From: an uncultured virus (IMG/VR IMGVR_UViG_3300009168_000043)
Taxonomy: Duplodnaviria > Heunggongvirae > Uroviricota > Caudoviricetes
DNA: 20,000 bases
Virus record (IMG/VR): IMGVR_UViG_3300009168_000043
Reading direction: 5' to 3' (one strand)
Below are positions 7,520-16,813 of the stretch, piece after piece; position 1 is the first letter of the stretch, and the number at the start of each line of letters is the position of its first letter. The position numbers were made by a program, and so were the translations under genes. The notes beneath the pieces are model-generated. The model saw only the letters and a program-made list of their open reading frames with translations. It ran no database searches and had not been told where the DNA came from.

Positions 7520-8445
7520 GATATAAATTTAGAAGTTTCTTTTTTTGTTGTATCGTTAAAGACCAACACGTTTTTATCTGATATGGTTTTTTCGTACTCT
7601 ATAATGAGATCATTGCTTTCAGGAAACGTATCTTTCAGAACGTTTTTTATCTTATCAATGTTAGATTGAGTAAACTTTCTTCTCCACCACATGTGAGTGT
7701 AATCAAAAACATCTCTTTTTTCTATATCACCTATGATATCAAAAAACTTGGAGTGTATAGATTTTTTTACAGGTGCAAACAGAGAGTGCCACTTATAATC
7801 TTCTCTGGTAGATGTTAGATAGAGAGTAAGTTCTTCCAGTATCATTCCAATCTTGAGTTTGTTTCCTCTTATTTTTTCTTCTTTTATGATTTCATACATC
7901 CTTTTAACGTCTTGAATGTATTTTTGCGTTACGTATGATCTCATTCCTACTACTCCACAGCTGAAGTTGTTTCCAACAACACCTTCTGATGAAAATGTTG
8001 GTTTGTATTTTTTTATGTCATACATTCCTCTTAGTGATGTGAATTCATCCAATGCAAGAACTGTGTTGTCTAAATCTACGTACTGTACTGTTATATCAAA
8101 ATCACCGTTAAAGGGTAATAGATGATCTCTAAACATAAACACGTCTGAATCTATGTGTACAAAATCTTCTTTTATTTCTTCTATTACAGATAGTTTGTAT
8201 GCACTCCAGAAATTCTGATCATAATGGTTTTCCTTTATGATAATTTCATCATAAGGTATGTATCTTACTACGGTATCATAAGCCTTTTTATTACAGTACA
8301 TGGTGACACGACCATAATGTTTTTTCAAAAGCAAGTAGCTAAGAAGAAAAGTGTAAAAATTAAGGTACACTTCAGTACCATTAAGAATACCACCTGCATA
8401 TTGACAGCCATCATCAAACTGAGAGTAAGACTGTATTATCTTCAT
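7516..8445 (-). CDS. DUF6734-like / GT-A glycosyltransferase-like protein
   Basis: LSYLLLKKHYGRVTMYCN...FWSAYKL...FVHIDSDVF (DxD)...SCGVVG...ILEE...YTH pattern. The family was recalled from motifs, not searched. Confidence 0.6.
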   Translation of the reverse strand: MKIIQSYSQFDDGCQYAGGILNGTEVYLNFYTFLLSYLLLKKHYGRVTMYCNKKAYDTVVRYIPYDEIIIKENHYDQNFWSAYKLSVIEEIKEDFVHIDSDVFMFRDHLLPFNGDFDITVQYVDLDNTVLALDEFTSLRGMYDIKKYKPTFSSEGVVGNNFSCGVVGMRSYVTQKYIQDVKRMYEIIKEEKIRGNKLKIGMILEELTLYLTSTREDYKWHSLFAPVKKSIHSKFFDIIGDIEKRDVFDYTHMWWRRKFTQSNIDKIKNVLKDTFPESNDLIIEYEKTISDKNVLVFNDTTKKETSKFIS

Positions 8446-8446
8446 A

Positions 8447-9403
8447 TTACTTGTACTGTATTATCAAGTAAGAGTGCACGCGTGGATCTGGCCCAAATGG
8501 TTCATTCGTTGACCAAACGGTTACTACTTCTACCATTCTCATATCGGGTAAGCGATATATGGCAACGGCCGAAGACTTTATTGTCGGTAATTCGATTATT
8601 TTGTCCGGTTTGGTCGGTCTCACTTTTAACATCCAATCTGCCATTGGGTCAGTTGTAAGGTTTCTGTTATCGAAGTTATTAATTATTAAAAGATCATCTA
8701 TAGAACAGTTAAACAGTTTCGCTGTATGATGAATTTCATTGTTCAATTCATCTTTAAATTTGTCTAAGCTGTTTCCATAGTTTTTTCCATCGATGGTATG
8801 AATGGTTTTTATCAGATTATCTGGCCAGTGATTCTTAATATAATCATATCCCTTTAAGAACCTTCCTTTTCCAACACCTATCACAGAAAGAGGAGAATCT
8901 AAATTCTGTTTTACCTCGTTTATGTATCTTTTGCTTGGCAGTTTAAATATAAATAACGTTAGTGTCCCACGTTGTGAAAAATATTGGTCATTTATAGTAA
9001 CTAAACTTAATCCCCATGATACAGAAGTTTGAATATTCGTTGTGGACACTATATCATCAGCATACTCTTCTCTTTCATCACGTTTAACGATCTCTTTAGA
9101 TGTTTCCGTGTGTCGTTTTATTATCTTTATAAAGTAATTATTAAAGAACTTATCTGGAAAGTTTATCTTGTTGATGTATGCAACGTCTTTAATACTACAA
9201 CCAAACTGTTTTGCTATAACTTTCATCGCATCAGAAAGGTTGTCACTAACGTTTTCTATAGGGGCCAGTTTCCACACGCTCCTTGACCAGTGTTCCACAA
9301 ACTTATCGTATGCTAACGTTAGTTTGCTTGATCCAACTCCTATCGATCCTAATGCAGATTCTCTGCCCTGTTTTATTTCGTTTATTATTAGTCTTGCTTT
9401 CAT
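8447..9403 (-). CDS. NEIKQ-leader family protein, two-unit fusion (member 9)
   Basis: MKARLIINEIKQGRESALGSIGVG and internal KRYINEVKQNLDSPLSVIGVG. Confidence 0.9.
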   Translation of the reverse strand: MKARLIINEIKQGRESALGSIGVGSSKLTLAYDKFVEHWSRSVWKLAPIENVSDNLSDAMKVIAKQFGCSIKDVAYINKINFPDKFFNNYFIKIIKRHTETSKEIVKRDEREEYADDIVSTTNIQTSVSWGLSLVTINDQYFSQRGTLTLFIFKLPSKRYINEVKQNLDSPLSVIGVGKGRFLKGYDYIKNHWPDNLIKTIHTIDGKNYGNSLDKFKDELNNEIHHTAKLFNCSIDDLLIINNFDNRNLTTDPMADWMLKVRPTKPDKIIELPTIKSSAVAIYRLPDMRMVEVVTVWSTNEPFGPDPRVHSYLIIQYK

Positions 9404-9404
9404 T

Positions 9405-9884
9405 CTATGGAATTTTTATTAGATAATATGTGTGAGGCGTGTTAAACTGAGTATCTGTGTACTGCAAAACAGCCACGCCTTTCTCATCGTTAATCATGAA
9501 TTTTACATACTCTTTTTTAACCGTTCCATCTTCATCGTGCCACTGTAACTCTATAGATTCGTGTCTTATGTCCTTATCATCTTTCATAAGTATAGATTCT
9601 AGATACTTCTGTGTATCTATAGACATCTGTGACCATCCAAGTCTTTTTATGTTAGAAAGAGGAGCTCCTAGTATCTGAGGTATAGTTTCTAATAAGAAAT
9701 GGTACCTGTCATCATTGTGGTTCCAACTGTAAATCGTACTGGACATTGGTTTGATCTTGGCTATGTCAGGTTGAATGTTCTTTATGTTTTTATATGCATC
9801 AGTCATAACTGCACTTCCTACACGTATAGATCCAAGACCAGATCTATTTTGTTTTATTTCGTTTATTATTAGTCTTGCTTTCAT
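9405..9884 (-). CDS. NEIKQ-leader family protein (member 10)
   Basis: MKARLIINEIKQNRSGLGSIRVG. Confidence 0.9.
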   Translation of the reverse strand: MKARLIINEIKQNRSGLGSIRVGSAVMTDAYKNIKNIQPDIAKIKPMSSTIYSWNHNDDRYHFLLETIPQILGAPLSNIKRLGWSQMSIDTQKYLESILMKDDKDIRHESIELQWHDEDGTVKKEYVKFMINDEKGVAVLQYTDTQFNTPHTYYLIKIP

Positions 9885-9887
9885 TGT

Positions 9888-10382
9888 TTATTTATATCTC
9901 ATAAAGTAATATGCTGAAGAAGAAATGACGTTTGGTTGTTCAATATTTTTAGAATCTATAAAGATCTTTCCTATCTGCCATTTTGGTGAAAATGAAATCC
10001 TCACATCAGCATATTGTTTTTCGAAATTAAACTGATTATCACGATTGATATGATCTTCACCATATATTTTAGAAATTAACCATTCAGAGACTTCAACTGG
10101 AATTTTGTGATTGTTTATTACAGCGATTTCATCCTTTGAACATTCTAATAAAAAAGACATTTCTTTTGTTATATTATGCGCTATATGTCTGTTTATTTCT
10201 GCATCGTTACGAATATAATAGTCTATATTATCTGCATCGTTTCTGACCAATTCTTTTGACACACGATCTATTTTATTAAGATGATTGTATCCTTTTGTTA
10301 GTGTTGATGCTCCTATTCCTATTCCCGATAAACCGTTTGGTAAATCCTGTTTTATCTCGTTTATGATTAGTCTTGCTTTCAT
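9888..10382 (-). CDS. NEIKQ-leader family protein (member 11)
   Basis: MKARLIINEIKQDLPNGLSGIGIG. Confidence 0.9.
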   Translation of the reverse strand: MKARLIINEIKQDLPNGLSGIGIGASTLTKGYNHLNKIDRVSKELVRNDADNIDYYIRNDAEINRHIAHNITKEMSFLLECSKDEIAVINNHKIPVEVSEWLISKIYGEDHINRDNQFNFEKQYADVRISFSPKWQIGKIFIDSKNIEQPNVISSSAYYFMRYK

Positions 10383-11314
10383 TTAGGTTTTTTTATTAGA
10401 TAGTTTATCGTTTTTATTGTGTTATCTTTATAATATGTTTGTTTCATAACTATAGCAAAATCCCATTCGGTGACGGGTGTTATCGTTATTCTAACTTTCA
10501 CTGGTTCATCACTGTAAGAGACGTAATCAGTATCATTTATAACTATAGGTTCTTCATTTGAAATTTTTGCTAGGTGTTCTGCATAGATATCTAATTCGTC
10601 ATCTTGACCAAATCCTGTTTTGCTTTTGTAACATATATCGTTGGCATCGCAGTTTAAAATGTTTGCAACTTTTTCGGCCATTGAAACCATATAGTAACTC
10701 GTGTTATGTGTTATATTAAACAAGGAAAATAAAGTTTCTGGCCACCTTTCTACAATCTTATCATAAAACCTTGTTAATCTAGCCTTTCCAACTCCAATAG
10801 ATCCTAATGCAGATTTATTTGTTTCCTGTTTTATCTCGTTTATATATCTAGGTTTTCTTACAAAAAATACGTATGTTTCTTCTCCTTGATCTTGATATTT
10901 TAACCAAACAGCCCCCATTTTTCTGTTAACAGCTATCTTGCATGGTATTTCTGAAAAGTGTTTTATTTTACTATCAAAATACGATATTCTCCTGCCTAAG
11001 TATTCAATATCTGGTGATGATTTAAACACCTCATGTTTAAGATATTCATCTACTTTAGTTCTTCTAATGGAATACTCTGGCAGCTGTATGATGTTTTCTG
11101 GAGATTCGTTTAATAGGTCTGGAATGAATGAATCTAAATTTCTTAAATGAGTTCCTATTTTTTTTGTCAAATCGGCAAAACTGTGTACGTTATTAACTAT
11201 TTTGCTTAATCCATCAAACGCACCAGTCATAGCTGAATGACCCACTTTTATCGCAGATAATCCAGATCCTTTTATGTCTTGTTTTATTTCGTTAAGTATT
11301 ATCTTTGCTTTCAT
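10379..11314 (-). CDS. NEIKQ-leader family protein, two-unit fusion (member 12)
   Basis: MKAKIILNEIKQDIKGSGLSAIKVG and internal PRYINEIKQETNKSALGSIGVG. Confidence 0.9.
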   Translation of the reverse strand: MKAKIILNEIKQDIKGSGLSAIKVGHSAMTGAFDGLSKIVNNVHSFADLTKKIGTHLRNLDSFIPDLLNESPENIIQLPEYSIRRTKVDEYLKHEVFKSSPDIEYLGRRISYFDSKIKHFSEIPCKIAVNRKMGAVWLKYQDQGEETYVFFVRKPRYINEIKQETNKSALGSIGVGKARLTRFYDKIVERWPETLFSLFNITHNTSYYMVSMAEKVANILNCDANDICYKSKTGFGQDDELDIYAEHLAKISNEEPIVINDTDYVSYSDEPVKVRITITPVTEWDFAIVMKQTYYKDNTIKTINYLIKKPK

Positions 11315-11318
11315 TTCT

Positions 11319-11831
11319 TTAAGAAATTTTTATTAACATTATTTCATCGTAATGAATTCCGTAGTTTGGGCTGTAAAGTATACCTATTTGGTAAGATTCG
11401 TTGTACATTACAGACCATCCATTAGATAACAATATAAGATCATCACTATCATTGCTTAAAAGCTTAAAATTGATAAAATCTACAAATTTGTCATACTCAT
11501 CTTGATCAGTGTTTATGTCTTCAAAGTATCCAATGTATTCTATACACACGAAGTTTGATAGATCTCCTATTATCGGTGTAAGTTCTTTCTTTTGTTTATC
11601 ATTGAAATTAAGCACACTGATGTTACTTGGAATGTCAGTTGTCTTTAATATTTTATGATGTTTTACTCCGTTAAACTGAATCAACGGAATAGAGTGTTTT
11701 ATAAAATCTGAAAAGTTATCTTTCAGAAATTTATATCCAGAAAGGTACTTATCTTTTCCTATTCCAACTGCACCTAAACCTGTAGTTTCTATTTCTTGTT
11801 TTATCTCGTTTATGATTAACTTTGCTTTCAT
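11319..11831 (-). CDS. NEIKQ-leader family protein (member 13)
   Basis: MKAKLIINEIKQEIETTGLGAVGIG. Confidence 0.9.
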   Translation of the reverse strand: MKAKLIINEIKQEIETTGLGAVGIGKDKYLSGYKFLKDNFSDFIKHSIPLIQFNGVKHHKILKTTDIPSNISVLNFNDKQKKELTPIIGDLSNFVCIEYIGYFEDINTDQDEYDKFVDFINFKLLSNDSDDLILLSNGWSVMYNESYQIGILYSPNYGIHYDEIMLIKIS

Positions 11832-11832
11832 A

Positions 11833-12351
11833 CTATTTATATCTTATAAGAAAATAAGTTGACCCAGTCATCTCGTATGTAGTTGAAAAATCTCGAAAGA
11901 ATACTATCATTGATATGCCCCAGTATGCAGAAGTAAAACATTCTACTCTCATGGTATGTTCTGTTTTCTTACCTTTGTTGAATACGTCATCTGGCTCATA
12001 CGTTAATGGATCGTAGTTTTCATCATTAATACGCCATCCCTCAAAAACTGTTTCATCCAAAAATTTCCACCTTATTAAATTTTCGAAGATGCTTACTTTA
12101 CAAAACAGCAGATCACTTTCGTTACAGTTTAATGATTTTAAAATGTGAGGCATCACATAACTTATCTGATCACGACGTTCTTTAATGTTGACAATATCTG
12201 TTAATTCGTCTAATTCGTGTGCAGAATCACCCATCAATCGTTTGATTTCATTATATCCACGAGTCATAGCAGTTTGGCCAATTCCAATAGTTCTTAAACT
12301 AGACCCTTCTATGTTCTGTTTTATTTCGTTAAGTATTATCTTTGCTCTCAT
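11833..12351 (-). CDS. NEIKQ-leader family protein (member 14)
   Basis: MRAKIILNEIKQNIEGSSLRTIGIG. Confidence 0.9.
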   Translation of the reverse strand: MRAKIILNEIKQNIEGSSLRTIGIGQTAMTRGYNEIKRLMGDSAHELDELTDIVNIKERRDQISYVMPHILKSLNCNESDLLFCKVSIFENLIRWKFLDETVFEGWRINDENYDPLTYEPDDVFNKGKKTEHTMRVECFTSAYWGISMIVFFRDFSTTYEMTGSTYFLIRYK

Positions 12352-12357
12352 TCGTTT

Positions 12358-12819
12358 TTATTTTGTTCTAAAGAAAAAGTACACAACATCTTTTCCTTCT
12401 GGTGTTGTGTATTCTACTATAGTAGCTCCCTTTGAATAGTTGGTGTAAATAGCAGCTTTCACATTTTCATCAGTGGATTTCCATACTAGATTAATCGTTT
12501 TTTTTGATAGTTGTGAACCATCATTAAAAATCTTAGAATGTAAATAGTTTTTTGCTTCATCTGATATAGATCTACTGCTTACTCGTATTATATTTGCTGG
12601 ATTAGATCCTAAAATATCTGGTATTAATTCTCTTATTGATAATAAAGATGCCCAGATAATATCAGGATCTGTTAATCCTAATTCAGTTTTGGATTTTATA
12701 TTAGGACTCAATAAAGATACATTCTTATAAGCTTCATTCATTTGTGTTTTTCCTACACCTATTGCTGATAATCCAGTATCTTTATCTTGTTTTATTTCGT
12801 TAACTGATTTAGCTCTCAT
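12358..12819 (-). CDS. NEIKQ-leader family protein (member 15), first gene of the long leftward operon
   Basis: MRAKSVNEIKQDKDTGLSAIGVG; ATATATAA(ATA) at 12838-12845 (minus). Confidence 0.9.
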   Translation of the reverse strand: MRAKSVNEIKQDKDTGLSAIGVGKTQMNEAYKNVSLLSPNIKSKTELGLTDPDIIWASLLSIRELIPDILGSNPANIIRVSSRSISDEAKNYLHSKIFNDGSQLSKKTINLVWKSTDENVKAAIYTNYSKGATIVEYTTPEGKDVVYFFFRTK

Positions 12820-12834
12820 TTTAATCGTTTACTT

Positions 12835-12845
12835 TATTTATATAT
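12835..12845 (-). promoter_or_regulatory. Putative phage late-type promoter ATATATAAATA
   Basis: Contains the T4 late consensus TATAAATA. The same ATATATAA core recurs shortly upstream of other operon-leading family genes. Confidence 0.55.
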
Positions 12846-12898
12846 GGCCAAAAAAGTTTTGTAACTTTATAAATTTAATGATATTTTTTACATATTAT

Positions 12899-12909
12899 TA
12901 TTATATTTG
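12899..12909 (+). promoter_or_regulatory. Bacteroidota sigma70-type -7 element (TATTATATTTG)
   Basis: Matches TAnnTTTG, 22 nt upstream of the 12932 ATG; identical 11-mer at 14261-14271 and 19651-19661. Confidence 0.65.
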
Positions 12910-12931
12910 CATAATAATTAAATGATATATC

Positions 12932-13978
12932 ATGGATAAAGAATTACAAAAACTTGTTGATCAGTTTAAAGTTTGCTTTTCAGTTGAAGGAATTCCTGCG
13001 ATAAAAAGCGATAGGTTTTCGCAAGAAGAATATGATAGGTTCTGTGTAGAAAATAACGTGTATAAGGGATATGCAGCCAGGTTGGTTAAAAATCATAAGA
13101 CGTATACTGATGAAGAAATAGGTGAACAAATATACACTGTGTTAAACACATTTATTGACCCTATTCTTCTTAAGAAAAAGATATCAAAAATGATGGATAT
13201 GTTATCGTATGAAGATGAATCAAAAGATAAGAAATACGTAGTTAATGAGGTTTACAAAATGTTAGGCTGGAAAACCGAAGATAACAAAGATGGTCTAACA
13301 CCTATAAATGAAGAGTTTTGGGTTGGAAGTGGATCCATACCATTCGTAATAAGCGAATCTGATTACAACAAAAAAATGTTTAATTTGAAGACTTTGTATG
13401 GAGCGATGGGGTTACACGAAATATTTGGAAAAAACATCGAAGTTTTTTTTGACATTAAATCTATACTGTTTGGTACAATAAATAGTTTTCCAGTAGAATG
13501 GAATAAACGTTATGATCTAAAAATAGAAAAAAATAAAAAATACTCATCTAATTTCGATTCGTTGGATGATTTGGAAGATAATGTCGTGGTTAAAAATATA
13601 AAATCTGAAGCTATTAAGTTCTATAGAGATAAGTCTAAAAACTATAAAGAACGGCGCAAGGTTTTTGAAAAACATGGAAATAAAGAATGCTACATATTTC
13701 ATCCTAAAGATAAAAATTTAAATGAAATATTTGAAAAATATTGTGATGATGATCAAGATAGACATTCTATGATTCATGTTTCAGAAGTGATAGAATGGTG
13801 GATAGATATCATGTCAGAGTTTAGAACTAAAATAGTAAGTTCAGGTAAGTTTAATAAAAAAATAGAGAAAACAACAAGGAACTATATACCTTCTAAAACT
13901 GCTATCAAAAGATTAGAAAGATATTACATGGAAAAACTGTTTTTAGAAGGAATTTGCAAATTTGAATTTGATTGGTAA
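12932..13978 (+). CDS. Hypothetical protein, 348 aa
   Basis: Long ORF with a promoter-like element upstream; no recognisable motif. Confidence 0.85.
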   Translation: MDKELQKLVDQFKVCFSVEGIPAIKSDRFSQEEYDRFCVENNVYKGYAARLVKNHKTYTDEEIGEQIYTVLNTFIDPILLKKKISKMMDMLSYEDESKDKKYVVNEVYKMLGWKTEDNKDGLTPINEEFWVGSGSIPFVISESDYNKKMFNLKTLYGAMGLHEIFGKNIEVFFDIKSILFGTINSFPVEWNKRYDLKIEKNKKYSSNFDSLDDLEDNVVVKNIKSEAIKFYRDKSKNYKERRKVFEKHGNKECYIFHPKDKNLNEIFEKYCDDDQDRHSMIHVSEVIEWWIDIMSEFRTKIVSSGKFNKKIEKTTRNYIPSKTAIKRLERYYMEKLFLEGICKFEFDW

Positions 13979-13982
13979 TGAT

Positions 13983-14210
13983 ATGGAAAAATATGTAACT
14001 TATTCACGGGAACCATACGAAGGTTATGTCAGCGTAGAAATCAAAGCTGCTGATGAAAAAATTCACGAAATGAAAAAAGAGATTAAACGTTTAGAAGAAT
14101 CTGTGTATAACCTACGTTCTAGATGTATACATGAGTATATGTTTAGCAGTATGGGAATGTATGAAGATAACTATCGTTGCAGAATTTGCGGTGAAGAATC
14201 AGAAAGATAA
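13983..14210 (+). CDS. Small coiled-coil plus putative Zn-ribbon protein; start probably 13983
   Basis: The ATG at 13983 follows the upstream stop; heptad-like helix, then C-x-H...CxxC (RCIHEY...YRCRICGE). Confidence 0.7.
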   Translation: MEKYVTYSREPYEGYVSVEIKAADEKIHEMKKEIKRLEESVYNLRSRCIHEYMFSSMGMYEDNYRCRICGEESER

Positions 14211-14260
14211 AAATATGTTTTTAACTTTATTGAATAAGATTTTTAAATTTGAATCTTTTT

Positions 14261-14271
14261 TATTATATTTG
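14261..14271 (+). promoter_or_regulatory. Bacteroidota sigma70-type -7 element (TATTATATTTG)
   Basis: TAnnTTTG match 23 nt upstream of the 14295 ATG. Confidence 0.65.
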
Positions 14272-14294
14272 CATTTCATAAAGCGAAATAAAAT

Positions 14295-14738
14295 ATGGTA
14301 AATAAAAGAGAGTGGGTAATTAGTGAAGAGAGAGATAAGTGTGATGAAGATAAACTAACTTACCACCTTTTTGAGGGTGGTAAGGAGCTTGGATGTATAG
14401 AGATAGAAGTTCTCTATGAATCATACGAGTATGAGTTTATGGAAATATTATCAGAGTTAGAATTCGCAAACCAGTTTCGACCGGAACCTATTGTAAAGTT
14501 TCTTTTAGTAGAAGTGCATCCAAACAATAGAAGTATTGGAGTAGCCACATTCATGTTAACAGAGGTTTTTAAACGGTTACGATTAGCAGGATTCACTCAG
14601 TGGTTTCTGAATGCCAGTCCATTAGATACTAATGGATTAACATTGCATCAATTAGAGGGATTCTATTCTAAGTTTGGGTTCAAAAGAGAACAGATGAGAG
14701 AAGAAAGCACTCTGATGTGGTTTACTGATGGTATTTAG
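14295..14738 (+). CDS. GNAT-family N-acetyltransferase
   Basis: Motif A-like VEVHPNNRSIGVATFML and C-terminal LxxFYSKFGF. Confidence 0.8.
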   Translation: MVNKREWVISEERDKCDEDKLTYHLFEGGKELGCIEIEVLYESYEYEFMEILSELEFANQFRPEPIVKFLLVEVHPNNRSIGVATFMLTEVFKRLRLAGFTQWFLNASPLDTNGLTLHQLEGFYSKFGFKREQMREESTLMWFTDGI

Positions 14739-14786
14739 ATGAAACTTTCGGTTCAGTGTGATATATAATAGTATATATAAATTGTT

Positions 14787-14978
14787 ATGAACATACTGAA
14801 CCGAATAATATCATCTATAATAAGAAAAAGAAAACAGCGAATATTCAAGAAGCACGAGAATGAGCTTAGAATAAAACTTCAACATAAGAATATAATGGAT
14901 TGTGTGTTTTTTAAATCGTGTGAAGATGCAAGTTGTCCATTCATCGTTATAAGAAAAGAATATGAAAAAAACCTTTAA
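14787..14978 (+). CDS. Small basic hypothetical protein
   Basis: ATG ORF preceded by two ATATATAA copies (14761, 14773) and overlapping the next gene. Confidence 0.55.
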   Translation: MNILNRIISSIIRKRKQRIFKKHENELRIKLQHKNIMDCVFFKSCEDASCPFIVIRKEYEKNL

Positions 14979-15375
14979 GAACAAAATAGTATTTTTATTT
15001 ATGATGCTATTTATGTTATTGTTTTCCATTGATTTATACAACGGAGGGAGGACAGTAATGCCTCCAGATATCATAGATATGTCAAAAAAGGAAATTAACG
15101 TTTTTGTAACAACTTATAAATATAGCAAAGAACGATGTACTACTGCTGATGGCAGTATTATACGGCCGGGTGTTTTTTGGTGTGCTGTAAGTCCAGATTT
15201 ATTAAGAGATAATGACTTAAATTTTGGAGATACCATCATATATAAAGACATCGGCTATGCTATTCATGATTTGACACACGAACGATTGAGGGGTACAGTA
15301 GATATTCTCATTCATGATAACAACGTTTTTTCTGAATCTAATAAGATTTACATAAATAATTCACCTCATGATTAA
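14962..15375 (+). CDS. 3D (Asp-Asp-Asp)-domain-like protein with an N-terminal membrane anchor; possible peptidoglycan-active enzyme
   Basis: Hydrophobic N-terminal helix; VTTY...TTADG...CAVSPDL...FGDTI...IHD...VDIL pattern typical of 3D/MltA-like domains. Confidence 0.7.
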   Translation: MKKTFKNKIVFLFMMLFMLLFSIDLYNGGRTVMPPDIIDMSKKEINVFVTTYKYSKERCTTADGSIIRPGVFWCAVSPDLLRDNDLNFGDTIIYKDIGYAIHDLTHERLRGTVDILIHDNNVFSESNKIYINNSPHD

Positions 15376-15856
15376 AAAAGTTAAGCACTATGTGTGTCCA
15401 GTGTGCAGTGGAAAAACCACAAAGGCTCAAGAAATTCAGTTGAACGATCCTGAAAATACGTTACTGATAGAAGTATTAGATTCTACGGATATAGAACGTA
15501 TATATGAAAAACACATAAAAGGTTGTAGGTTTAAAACCATAGTAATAGACAACTTTTTAAAACTTTATAATAAGAAAAGAGGCGACGTGAACAAAATCAT
15601 GCAAAAAATGAAAGCTCACTCAGAAGAGATAATACTCTTTTCCACACCAGATAAACTGTATGATAAAAAAACCGATAAAGAAGAACTGAAATCTAAATTT
15701 TTAGATGGTAAAAGCGCGCAGGTTATATACGAGAAGTTTTATCCTGGAATGTCTAAGAATGACAGGGCAATTCTTACTTCATCACTGCCTGCATCTGATT
15801 TTGAATCAAAGGTGCTGGGTGTAATTTTTAGTTCACAAAAGATGTTAACTAGATAG
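15368..15856 (+). CDS. Hypothetical protein with a degenerate P-loop-like motif
   Basis: CPVCSGKTT near the N-terminus (Walker A-like) and IVIDNF (Walker B-like). Confidence 0.55.
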   Translation: MIKKVKHYVCPVCSGKTTKAQEIQLNDPENTLLIEVLDSTDIERIYEKHIKGCRFKTIVIDNFLKLYNKKRGDVNKIMQKMKAHSEEIILFSTPDKLYDKKTDKEELKSKFLDGKSAQVIYEKFYPGMSKNDRAILTSSLPASDFESKVLGVIFSSQKMLTR

Positions 15857-16319
15857 CAAAGAATGTGTATGATTGCTCAAATTTGTATCCAGTAGAAGAA
15901 TCGGTGATATCATATGTTCTTAATCTTGTAAGGTGAATTTTATTATAATAGTTTTGTATCCTGTAAAGTTTTTGCTCTATGATAACATTTTCTTCTTTTA
16001 TAGGGTAATTCGTTATCTTTATTATCCAATTAACAAAATCAGATACGGTATCTTGATCATTCATACTTAATAATTTACTGTCAGATATTCCCATCACATC
16101 TTCTTCGTTATCAACGTTAACCATGGTGATTATCTTTTCTTTTACCTTTTGTGGAATATTGTCCATATAATACAGTTCATCTGATTCGACAATTATAGAA
16201 TTGAAATTATCTTTAATGTAATAGTAAGTTTTGGTCATTTCAATTTTTCCTATTCCTACCGCAGATAATCCACTTTCTTTATCCTGTTTTATTTCGTTTA
16301 TTATAAGTTTTGCTTTCAT
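15849..16319 (-). CDS. NEIKQ-leader family protein (member 16)
   Basis: MKAKLIINEIKQDKESGLSAVGIG. Confidence 0.9.
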   Translation of the reverse strand: MKAKLIINEIKQDKESGLSAVGIGKIEMTKTYYYIKDNFNSIIVESDELYYMDNIPQKVKEKIITMVNVDNEEDVMGISDSKLLSMNDQDTVSDFVNWIIKITNYPIKEENVIIEQKLYRIQNYYNKIHLTRLRTYDITDSSTGYKFEQSYTFFAI

Positions 16320-16813
16320 ACTCTTACAAAAATATCTCTAAATTCTTTTCTTGAAATGGATACAAGATCAGCAAATCCTACATACCCTATGCCATCTTCT
16401 ACATTTACATAAGATAAAAAAGAAGCTTCCCATTTTTTTCCGCTGTATATATCTCTTTTAATTATCTCATCATAATTGTTTTTTTCGTGGCTTAAGAATT
16501 TTTCGTGAATATCAAATAAGAATTCGCGTTTATTATCTTCTGATATGTGTAGTAACATGTAACTATCGATGTCGTAACTTAGAAAATCTATTAGCTTCTT
16601 AGCTTCTTTTAAAAACTCTCTTGAGTTGTTTCTAACCGTGTGAACGAATTCAATCAGTGAATTCTTTAGTCTTATATTGGATATGGTGTTTGGATATGTT
16701 TCATTAATGTATTTAGATGCAACGTTATATCTATCTTTTCCTACCCTTATTCGCGAGAGGCCAGAACCCAACACGTTTTGTTTTATTTCATTGACAACAT
16801 ATTTAGCATTCAT
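16316..16813 (-). CDS. NEIKQ-leader family protein (member 17)
   Basis: MNAKYVVNEIKQNVLGSGLSRIRVG. Confidence 0.9.
   Translation of the reverse strand: MNAKYVVNEIKQNVLGSGLSRIRVGKDRYNVASKYINETYPNTISNIRLKNSLIEFVHTVRNNSREFLKEAKKLIDFLSYDIDSYMLLHISEDNKREFLFDIHEKFLSHEKNNYDEIIKRDIYSGKKWEASFLSYVNVEDGIGYVGFADLVSISRKEFRDIFVRV

Noticed and set aside
10839..10848. GATATATAAA promoter-like motif inside the fusion gene 10379..11314
   Set aside because: It coincides with the R-Y-I-N codons of the internal leader, the equivalent site in 8447..9403 lacks it, and no start codon is suitably placed.
15368..15856. Thymidine kinase (tdk) assignment
   Set aside because: Only a degenerate SGKT and a Walker B-like strand are visible; the DEAQF motif and C-terminal zinc site are absent.
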